A stretch of DNA of 64,000 nucleotides from Tetramitus jugosus. Lineage: Eukaryota; Protista; Heterolobosea. The translations under genes and the position numbers were made by a program. The stretch spans positions 434,001 to 498,000 of the forward strand of contig OW569352.1 in assembly GCA_937625935.1 (NCBI GenBank), given 5' to 3'. How positions within the stretch are numbered: position 1 is the stretch's first letter; each line of letters starts with the position of its first letter. This document shows positions 56,109 through 64,000 of this stretch, piece after piece. The notes under the pieces are model-generated. The model had not been told where the DNA came from. It saw only the letters and a list, made by a program, of their open reading frames with translations, and did no database searches.

Positions 56109-59100
56109 TTACTTATACATTGACTCAAATCGCATTTCAATCTGGTTGGATTCAGCTATTTCCATTCTTTTAGGTTTGTTACTCAACTTTCGGTTGACTA
56201 GTCTCGTCAGTAATACCAAGGCACCAACACCGAGTGCCAAGATGATTAGACCTGTCAAACTACCAAGCACAATAAGGGCTATGGCATAGGGTGGTAGTTT
56301 CTTGAGACGATTCTGTTGAGTACCTGGTAAACATCCACATGGATTCTGACACGTGGTAGCGTCCAGATTTCCTCCGTTTTCTTCTTCAGTTGAGGATATG
56401 ACATAGTCCAGGGAGACTGCATGAGTCACAGGCTTGTAGCAAGAGCATACAACAACGGTACTGTTGGTATTAACCGCGACAGAGTATTGAGTGTCGCAAA
56501 CCGTCGTATCATTGCGCCAAATTCCTTGCTCTGTATCAAAGAACTTGCAAACAAAAGTGAAGGAGTCGTTCACTTGTCCCTGACTCTGACTAACCAAGAT
56601 GGAACTACTGAAAAGTGGTGTTGAACTCGGAGGAACTTGAATACTATTCTGACCCTCTCCATAAACACTCAAAGATAATGCCGAAGAAACTCTCTTCGTG
56701 TTGCATTGGTTAGTGTATGGTTGAACCGTTTGAGCCTGAGCTTCCGCTTGAGTGTAAATGGAAGGATCGCTTGTAGCTTCAAAAATTGCTTGATGGTTAA
56801 GATGGACAACAATTGGAGCAGCGTCACTGGCATCTGAGGTGTCATTTTGTCCCACTCTAGAGTTGGGCGTTGCGATAGTTATGTTAGCAACAGTTTCATT
56901 CGATTTTCTGAATCGAGATATGAGAGTTTCAATGTTGGGCATGGAGATGATTCTCTCTTCTCCCTCGATCAGACTGTCTCGTACTCTGCTGGTCAACTTG
57001 GAAAACATGCTCTGGAATGATACTCTTTGGTCAGATGAACTAGCAGAACCAATCATTACCTCAGCTAGCTTTCCTGCTGCGTTGATCGATTTGTCGATGA
57101 ATGATGAACCAGATGAATTATAGAATAGTTGATTCAGGGATTGTCCTAGAATTTCTGATGCTAGGACGGTCGTTTGTTCGTTCAAAAGTTTCGCCTGAGT
57201 AGACAGTTGTTGAACAGCTTGAATCTGACTTGTTGCATCCAAGCTATCTCTGTTATCATACATGACTTGAACGATGTTACCCAGTAACTGCGTCGTGGTA
57301 TTACTGGGAAGCACTGATGCAGCATTGCTTACCGCAGCAACCACTATTGATATCTTGGAATTCAACTCAGACTTGTTCCCAAAGAGCAAATTCTGATTGC
57401 TTTCGATCAACACAGAAGTTAATGTCTCTACAGGAATGGGAAGTACCTCTACCGTAGCCAATCTCTCTGCAGATTCGCCAGAGGATGACCTCGCAAGAGC
57501 AAACAATGTGATGTTTCCTGCTACTGGCAGAGTGACATTAAAGAGAGAAGAAGTAGACCATGACTGCAACACTACCCTTGTTCCTTGTTGATAAAATCCA
57601 AAACTGAACCTCATTGCATTCATATTTCCTTCATGGTCTACCCATTGACGAGTTTCGAGAAGGAAACGATCCTTTAACAAATATCCCTTGGTGGGAGAGA
57701 CGAGGAACACTCCTCCCGTTGGAGCCGAACCAGTTTGAACTATCGAGATAGCTTGTCCCCACACGACATTTGGACCCAATTTCGATCTAATTACAACCCT
57801 CAAAACATAATACGAATTAGCTAATAGGGAGTTTGGTTGAATTGAAATCGTTCTCATCGTAGGTGTGACACCTTGCTCCAATAGCTCAGTGATGGGTCTC
57901 GTTGTACCATTCTCTGTCACACTCCATTCAAAATTAACATTATTTAGTTCTGAGACTGGTATCACATTCGCTGTTGATAACCAAGATAATTCTCTGTTGA
58001 ACAATGGTACATCGCTATTGGACGATATACTGACGGTAGGTACTTGGAACTCGCAGTGTGGTCCTGAGAACGCACCTTGGCAAAGACAGGAATCCACACC
58101 CACGCAGTTACCATGAGAGCTGCATACTGTATTGTCGAGAGCACTCACTCCGAAGCACATTGGAATCGCACAAGAGTTTCCAGTGTATCCTTCATTGCAT
58201 CTACAGGAATCAACACCGGTGCATGTACCATGAGAGCTACACACTGTATTGTTGAGAGCACTGACTCCAAAGCACAGTGGAATCGCACAAGATATTCCGG
58301 TGTATCCTTCATTGCATACACATGTACCTCCACTAGTACAATCTCCTCGACCTGAACACACAGAGGGGCTAAGGGAGGTGACTCCATCACAAGAAACCAT
58401 GTTGATTTGGTCAATAATGCTGGAAACAAAAGCACTAATTCCAGGTCTCCTGACTCGTATCGTGTTGTTAAAAACGATCTCACTTGCAGAGTTGCCCGCG
58501 AGAATGATTTGGCCTTGCTGTGATTCGACCATGAACATGGAAGTGATTTCATCATATTGATCTCCTCCAACCGTAGTGGACCAGATTTCTCTTCCATGTC
58601 TCGTTACCTTCGCTACGAATCCGTCTGTCTCGTTCTTGGTGTAACTGGTGGAACCAATGGTTATCGAGCCGTTGAACTTACCAGCTATGATAATATTTCC
58701 TTCAATGTTGGTGACAACCGATGATATCTCGCTGGAGCCTTGACCAAAGGATTGTACCATCTGAACTGTTCCGTCTCTATCGAAACCCATTAAAAACATC
58801 GAATTGGATGATGATGCTATGCTACCAAGATTGGAGTTAAATAATCCTCGAAATGAACCTCCGACATAAATCGAATGATCTAAGCCCCGTGCTATCGACT
58901 TTAGTGATACAACAGGATTTTGACCAGTGTTGATCATCTCTGTTCGCCATACGTGTTGACCCGTTCCAGAATAATACACTTGGACAAACACGCCCACTGC
59001 ACTCTTCTGCACATTTCCCGCCACAAACACTTGACTTCCATCACACGTCAGAGAGGTGATCTGAGAGTCAACAACCATAGGACGACTGACCCATTGTAAT

Positions 59101-59876
59101 TGACCTGTCGAATTCAATTTGAAAATGACTGAGCACAGAATTGTGACATCGACAACCCCATGAATATCGAGACATTGAACTAGATTAGAATCAATGTAGC
59201 CCTGACCATTTAGTTGCACAGCAACGTACACTGAATCATCCGATGGATCCACCTTGACAGCCAATGGTTGATCATCCGAGTCTCCTCCCATCAAAAAGAA
59301 CCAATCTACACTCAAATCAGTCTTATACTTTAACAAAATTCCATCGTAGGAATCACTCCTCGATTGCACTGGTGATGACAGGCCCACATAGGCGCCTCTG
59401 AACGATGCCAATCGATAACCAGTCCCCAAAGAGTTCACATCTGTCTGTATTACCCTACCATCCGGATTCGTTGCATACCTTAAACGTTCAGATGTTCCCC
59501 CTAGATCCTTTCCATGAAAAAACGATCCACCAAGGTCATAAGTACCAGTCAATGGCTTTCCACCAATCTGCATCACATCAGGATGACTCACGGTATCGAA
59601 CGCTTCAAAGTCACCTACAAGAAAATTAGTTGCTTCACTGGTGGAACTTCGAGCAACAGAGTGTGCAAAACAGCCTTTTGTACAATTGGAGTCCATGTCA
59701 AGTGTTATTCTGCTAAATGGTCTGAGCAAGAGTGCAGCAGCTGGATCCACTCCACCACTTCCTCCATTGACACTCAACATAGTGAGGCAACTTATTGCAA
59801 ACAACAATAGCAACACATGGAAGAAGGGATATCTGAAAAAGGTTTTTGTTGTTGAGAGCTTTTGAGAGAACGTCAT
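56109..59876 (-). CDS. Cell-surface type I membrane protein: signal peptide, beta-propeller, 3 EGF-like repeats, REJ/PKD-like region, GAIN/GPS-like motif, single TM
   Basis: CSGRGDC/CSSHGTC..C.CNEGYTG..C; PTGG..VSP..G..F......W.D; CKFFDTEQGIW..C..VVCSC; TM AIALIVLGSLTGLIILALGVGALVLL. Confidence 0.88.
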   Translation of the reverse strand: MTFSQKLSTTKTFFRYPFFHVLLLLFAISCLTMLSVNGGSGGVDPAAALLLRPFSRITLDMDSNCTKGCFAHSVARSSTSEATNFLVGDFEAFDTVSHPDVMQIGGKPLTGTYDLGGSFFHGKDLGGTSERLRYATNPDGRVIQTDVNSLGTGYRLASFRGAYVGLSSPVQSRSDSYDGILLKYKTDLSVDWFFLMGGDSDDQPLAVKVDPSDDSVYVAVQLNGQGYIDSNLVQCLDIHGVVDVTILCSVIFKLNSTGQLQWVSRPMVVDSQITSLTCDGSQVFVAGNVQKSAVGVFVQVYYSGTGQHVWRTEMINTGQNPVVSLKSIARGLDHSIYVGGSFRGLFNSNLGSIASSSNSMFLMGFDRDGTVQMVQSFGQGSSEISSVVTNIEGNIIIAGKFNGSITIGSTSYTKNETDGFVAKVTRHGREIWSTTVGGDQYDEITSMFMVESQQGQIILAGNSASEIVFNNTIRVRRPGISAFVSSIIDQINMVSCDGVTSLSPSVCSGRGDCTSGGTCVCNEGYTGISCAIPLCFGVSALNNTVCSSHGTCTGVDSCRCNEGYTGNSCAIPMCFGVSALDNTVCSSHGNCVGVDSCLCQGAFSGPHCEFQVPTVSISSNSDVPLFNRELSWLSTANVIPVSELNNVNFEWSVTENGTTRPITELLEQGVTPTMRTISIQPNSLLANSYYVLRVVIRSKLGPNVVWGQAISIVQTGSAPTGGVFLVSPTKGYLLKDRFLLETRQWVDHEGNMNAMRFSFGFYQQGTRVVLQSWSTSSLFNVTLPVAGNITLFALARSSSGESAERLATVEVLPIPVETLTSVLIESNQNLLFGNKSELNSKISIVVAAVSNAASVLPSNTTTQLLGNIVQVMYDNRDSLDATSQIQAVQQLSTQAKLLNEQTTVLASEILGQSLNQLFYNSSGSSFIDKSINAAGKLAEVMIGSASSSDQRVSFQSMFSKLTSRVRDSLIEGEERIISMPNIETLISRFRKSNETVANITIATPNSRVGQNDTSDASDAAPIVVHLNHQAIFEATSDPSIYTQAEAQAQTVQPYTNQCNTKRVSSALSLSVYGEGQNSIQVPPSSTPLFSSSILVSQSQGQVNDSFTFVCKFFDTEQGIWRNDTTVCDTQYSVAVNTNSTVVVCSCYKPVTHAVSLDYVISSTEEENGGNLDATTCQNPCGCLPGTQQNRLKKLPPYAIALIVLGSLTGLIILALGVGALVLLTRLVNRKLSNKPKRMEIAESNQIEMRFESMYK
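58090..58322. repeat. 117-bp tandem duplication encoding two EGF repeats
   Basis: 58111-58200 and 58228-58317 are near-identical. Confidence 0.9.
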
Positions 59877-60378
59877 AAGGATAATGATGTGTTTTCAATT
59901 GTTGTTGTGAGATTTGGGGTGTTTGAACGAAAAATGAGCATGGATATTACGCCTGGGAAACGGCACCTGAAACTCCCAAGCGCTCGCCTTGTTGGGACAT
60001 GACTTTACGTCAAACGTCATGGAAAAATGCGCAACAAATGGATCCTTCGAGTGAGCGAGCGAAAATTTTACTGTAGTCACTAGTCAGTGAGCTGGAGAAC
60101 CGTAGGTCAAGTCACAGAGCGTTTCACGACAGTGATCCCTTCCAAGGTTCACTCGCCATGTCTCAAAGTTGCGATCATCTATGAATACCTATCCAAGGTA
60201 TAATATCGCGAAGGTCCTTTCAGAGCGTGATCGAGATTCATCCATGAGATTATTGGTCATATCTGTCGTATTCCTAGAATTGTCTCAAAATACTATCGAA
60301 TCCCCGATTATAAGGTAATAAGCTCGCCTGTCCAACCGAGATGAAGGCAAGCAGTTTTTCCTCTCTGAACAAGAAAAC

Positions 60379-60774
60379 ATGATAGAACCCTACAATAACT
60401 TGTATCAAATGCTTGATAGGATCCCTGATCCAAAGCACACTCCTCAGCAAGGTACTTACCCTAAAGCTTGGAGATTTGAAATGGTTCAATTTGATCAAGT
60501 GGCTCACAGTAATCCTGCGAGCAGGATGACTCAGGATACATCATCTTCTACCAGCAAACCCATCTGGAGACGAGTGAGTAAACAGAAAAAGCACACAAAA
60601 GAGAACAGTGTATTGAGAGAATCGGAGTCCATCTACCTGCAAATGTACAATACATTAGTAGGACACAAGATAGCACAAGAGACTGATAAATCATATGCGA
60701 GTAATGCTTCTCGAAGACGCAATACGTCTTGCAGAAGAAACAGAGGCTTAGAGATACAAGATCTCCTTAACTAA
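60379..60774 (+). CDS. Small hypothetical basic protein
   Basis: 131-aa ATG ORF ending in LEIQDLLN, with AATAAA downstream. Confidence 0.55.
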   Translation: MIEPYNNLYQMLDRIPDPKHTPQQGTYPKAWRFEMVQFDQVAHSNPASRMTQDTSSSTSKPIWRRVSKQKKHTKENSVLRESESIYLQMYNTLVGHKIAQETDKSYASNASRRRNTSCRRNRGLEIQDLLN

Positions 60775-60978
60775 CCACTTGAACCTCTTTGACGTTCCTA
60801 TAACTTTGTAAATAAACAAGCGGCTATTTTTTCTTTCAACTGACCCATATTTGTACAACTCAAGTGCTACTTGGTCGAATTCTCTTTCCTCGATTAAGGA
60901 TGCTGCCGTTGGAAAGGGAAGATCCTAATGTGCAGAATACATGATCACACGATGATTACAATCAGGTGATACTGCATC

Positions 60979-62055
60979 TCACGAGTCGAGTTTTATTATT
61001 TGTAATCGACATAGTTGAGCGTAGAGTTGAACTTGAGAGTTGTTTGGACTCCTGCTCAATAAATCTTCCAAATCCTCCATTGCGCCATCATAACACTCGA
61101 TTGCAATCAGAATTTTTGCTCTCCACAAGCGTAATTGATCCATCGATACTTGTTTCGATTCAATACTCGCAACCGCCCTATCGCCCGATACTTTTCCATT
61201 CTCCGTTGTTGCACACTGTAGCTTTAGCTGAATTGACCGATTAATATCCATCCGAGCTCTATCGTACTCTGCTGCAAAATACAAGGTGCAAGCTCGTTCA
61301 AACAATGATTTGTAGCACTGAGGATTGAGTGCGATTGCTTTCGACAAATCCTCTATCGTCCTATTCCTAGCTATTCTTTGTTCTTGTTCACTGCCAGATT
61401 CTCTCACTCTGCTGCACCTGTTATGGTTCTCTACGGTATTCGTATTATTCTTGTTTTTACATGATTGTGTTTCACTCATCAACAGTGAGGATGGTGATGA
61501 TGATGATGATGAGAACAAATGCTGATGCAGTCCTGCTCTCAGACGATAGAATTCGGATTGAAACGGATTGATTTGTAAAGCTCTCGTAAACTCCATCATT
61601 GACAACGAATATTCTTCCATGTGAAAGAACTTGATACCTCTTTGAGCATGCATATCGGCGCAAGTCACATCATTCCAGTGAATAATGGGCAACAAGTGTG
61701 TTGTCTCTCCTCTGGTGGTGGTGGTGGTGGAGCACCTGATTGGACCAGCAGTCGTGTGACGCGGTTTGGGTTGGACAGTGTCACTCTCTAGTAATGTTGG
61801 TGACATGTCAATTGATTTCTTGTTGTTATGTTCATGGTTGTTCAATGGATCATCAAGTACGATTTGATTCGTCCAGATGAAGGGAGGAGGCGAACTCTGA
61901 TAACTTGGTTGTTTGGACGCCGTTTTGTTGTTCGTATTCTTGGTAATTGTATCTTGTGTTGTTGTTGGGGATGAATAGTGATTTTTGTTGTTTTCGATAA
62001 GGAGGTTTGAAGTGGGTTGACCTTCGGGGCATGGATGAATTCTGCGCAAAGTCAT
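60979..62055 (-). CDS. TPR-repeat protein
   Basis: EFTRALQINP, DLSKAIALNP..LFERA, DINRSIQL, DLEDLLSRSP. Confidence 0.8.
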   Translation of the reverse strand: MTLRRIHPCPEGQPTSNLLIENNKNHYSSPTTTQDTITKNTNNKTASKQPSYQSSPPPFIWTNQIVLDDPLNNHEHNNKKSIDMSPTLLESDTVQPKPRHTTAGPIRCSTTTTTRGETTHLLPIIHWNDVTCADMHAQRGIKFFHMEEYSLSMMEFTRALQINPFQSEFYRLRAGLHQHLFSSSSSSPSSLLMSETQSCKNKNNTNTVENHNRCSRVRESGSEQEQRIARNRTIEDLSKAIALNPQCYKSLFERACTLYFAAEYDRARMDINRSIQLKLQCATTENGKVSGDRAVASIESKQVSMDQLRLWRAKILIAIECYDGAMEDLEDLLSRSPNNSQVQLYAQLCRLQIIKLDS

Positions 62056-62422
62056 TTCTTGTCACAAAAATCAAATAAAAAAGAGATTGCCTGAAATTGC
62101 TCGAAGTGAAAGATGAAGGACACAGCAACGATTTTTGGAACCCAAATGACCACAATACCTGTTTTTTAAATTTGATAGTGTTTTGGGTGACAATTTGCTT
62201 GTTTTCCAGCAGAGCTCTGTTTTGTCGATGAATAGAGATACTTTCTTGAGCCTCTCCAGATACCACAGGCCGCGAACTTTTAGAATGAATCTCAACAATA
62301 GCCTGGAGTTCTCTCCGATTAGCGCACGACAGAAACAGCGATATTGTATTCTGTTTTTAGTTATTCCTCCGGAAAGTTGCCCGCCATCAAAAACAACTTT
62401 GGACCTAAAAAAATCGAGACCA

Positions 62423-62713
62423 ATGCAACCACGTTCTCTGGGTCAAGTGAGACACATTGTAGGAACAAATTTCCAATCTTGGAAACTGTATCGCACTGTG
62501 CTGAGACATCTACCAAAGTTGCCACACGAGAGCTACGACTATTATCATGACTTTGCAAAACAACACTTTTTGGCTCATCAGGACGAAGAAGCTTCAAGAG
62601 CTGAAGAGTTGATACAGAGAGGCTACTTCAATTTCAAGTGGGTGTTGGCAAAGTATGGCGTAGAAGTGGATGAGAGTGCGATCATCCCAGAGCAATACAG
62701 ACAATCATCGTGA
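62423..62713 (+). CDS. LYRM9: LYR-motif mitochondrial protein, LYRM9-like
   Basis: LYRTVLR..LP..YY..AKQHF.AH.DE..IQRG..WVLAKY; first ATG at 62423. Confidence 0.75.
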   Translation: MQPRSLGQVRHIVGTNFQSWKLYRTVLRHLPKLPHESYDYYHDFAKQHFLAHQDEEASRAEELIQRGYFNFKWVLAKYGVEVDESAIIPEQYRQSS

Positions 62714-62812
62714 TGATGGTCATTAAAATTTTGTTGTTGTGTTTTAGATCAATAAAGGTGCGTTGTTTTTTTGATGTTATTTATTGGTACATGCACACAG
62801 ACGTGGTATTAT

Positions 62813-64000
62813 TTAATATTCTTCTTCGTATTGTGGTTCAATTGCGGCCAAATCTTCGCTGATTAGGGATGTAGAACCTAGATTGATCAGATTACGAGTT
62901 GAGGAAGGAATGATTGTTGCCTGTAGAACGTTCTTGGACATGCTCATTACCTTCATGTATTCAATGTATCTGTCACCAGCAGCACCATCGAGCAAGTTCA
63001 TTTGAGATCTCATGTTTTCCAGCTGAAGGTTAAGTTTGGATTGATGAAGCAAGGATTGGGCCAAAGCTTCACTGGTTGCCTTTTCAAGCAGTGCTTTTCC
63101 TTCAATCCTTGCCTTTTCAATCTTCTCTTTTGTCAGATTATTGTTCTCGATCTCAATGAGATTCTTTCTGAGCTTACTCAAGTTGGTCTCACTTTCAATC
63201 CTCTCCATCTCTGCTTGAGTTTCAGCAGTGTCGTTCAGCTTAGAGCACATGATTCTCATGGATGCCTTAATGGAGTTCTCAAGCAATTGCTCAATCTCTT
63301 TATCCACTGGCTTTATCGCTCTCACATCAATGGAGAACACCAAAAAGTTAAATTCACTGAACAGTCGACCTGTCACAGTCTCGATGACCTTCTTTCCCTG
63401 TTTTGTAACCTCGAGGTTGTACTCCTTGAACAACTTGTCTCTCAACAATTGAGATGAATTAGTGTGGAAATGTTCAAAATCGTTCTTGGACGACTCTTCA
63501 CGGATACGACTTCTCAAACTCTGGCAACTGTAGCCAACAAAGTCACCTGCAAAGATCTTGTGCAAGTTCGCATCATCCAGAATAAACTTCCACTTGTAAG
63601 CCACAGTCAAGTTCAATACTGCATTGTCCTTGGTTCTCACTTCGAATTGATCAGTCATGAAATCAATTCCCAGGCCAATGTTGCACACTCTGATGACGTT
63701 CTCACGCTTTGGGACACCACCTGAAAGGTTGATAACCTTGACAGCTTCATGAGGACCCAACAAGATGCGATCTGGTCCCAACACATACCTCTCCTTGCTT
63801 TTCTTGTAGTCAGTGACACAGACGCATTGATTCTTTTGTAACTGAATAGAGTAAGCATTGGATCTAGATTCGTATGGCAACTGAAGTGCATCATACTCCT
63901 CGTCAGTCAAACTCTTGAGATACTCTTCTTCATTGACTGCGAGAACATAGGACAATGGACCACGCACCATCTTCAGTTCACTCGTGTCCAAATTTCTCAC
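62813..64000 (-). CDS. MVP: Major vault protein-like, C-terminal part (5' partial)
   Basis: MVP repeats (VRGP.SYVL..NEE; VTDYKK..RYVLGPD..LLGPHE), LSGGVPK, LGIDFMTD.FEVRTKD.A.L, shoulder GDFVG..C..SRIR, cap helix. Confidence 0.92.
   Translation of the reverse strand: MRNLDTSELKMVRGPLSYVLAVNEEEYLKSLTDEEYDALQLPYESRSNAYSIQLQKNQCVCVTDYKKSKERYVLGPDRILLGPHEAVKVINLSGGVPKRENVIRVCNIGLGIDFMTDQFEVRTKDNAVLNLTVAYKWKFILDDANLHKIFAGDFVGYSCQSLRSRIREESSKNDFEHFHTNSSQLLRDKLFKEYNLEVTKQGKKVIETVTGRLFSEFNFLVFSIDVRAIKPVDKEIEQLLENSIKASMRIMCSKLNDTAETQAEMERIESETNLSKLRKNLIEIENNNLTKEKIEKARIEGKALLEKATSEALAQSLLHQSKLNLQLENMRSQMNLLDGAAGDRYIEYMKVMSMSKNVLQATIIPSSTRNLINLGSTSLISEDLAAIEPQYEEEY

Noticed and set aside
62183-62422. 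N-terminal 80 codons of the 176-aa ORF
   Set aside because: TTG start within promoter-like sequence; LYRM9 similarity begins only after the ATG at 62423

Overview
Gene-dense eukaryotic nuclear DNA, not prokaryotic. It carries about 40 protein-coding genes or fragments, very short intergenic spacers, many Gln/Asn/Asp/Ser/Thr trinucleotide tracts, and seven short GT-AG introns (71-132 nt) that I reconstructed by hand. The gene content (AHI1, major vault protein, RGS protein, EGF/REJ/GPS surface protein, EF-P, NAGPA) and gene style suggest a free-living protist, possibly heterolobosean; that assignment is inference only. Most genes are housekeeping: POT1, Ran, Mpp10, ChaC, mtRF1, PRELI, VDAC, Arl1, Oxa1, TAF11, Ras, SMC3, Cwf18, SARAF, LYRM9. 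The most unusual parts are: (i) a class II PRPP synthetase fused in-frame to a YjjX-type ITP/XTP phosphatase; (ii) a tandemly triplicated, reciprocally eroded cassette at about 50.3-55.4 kb, holding a head-to-head pair of a Cys-His-Asp enzyme and a putative ubiquitin-like-domain gene whose two copies differ in one cluster of amino-acid changes; (iii) a 17-unit TPR gene with shuffled repeat modules next to a collapsed pseudogene copy; (iv) a Rab-like GTPase with an N-acylation motif and no prenylation site. I found no rRNA, tRNA, CRISPR array or transposase. All family calls come from motif recognition, not database searches.
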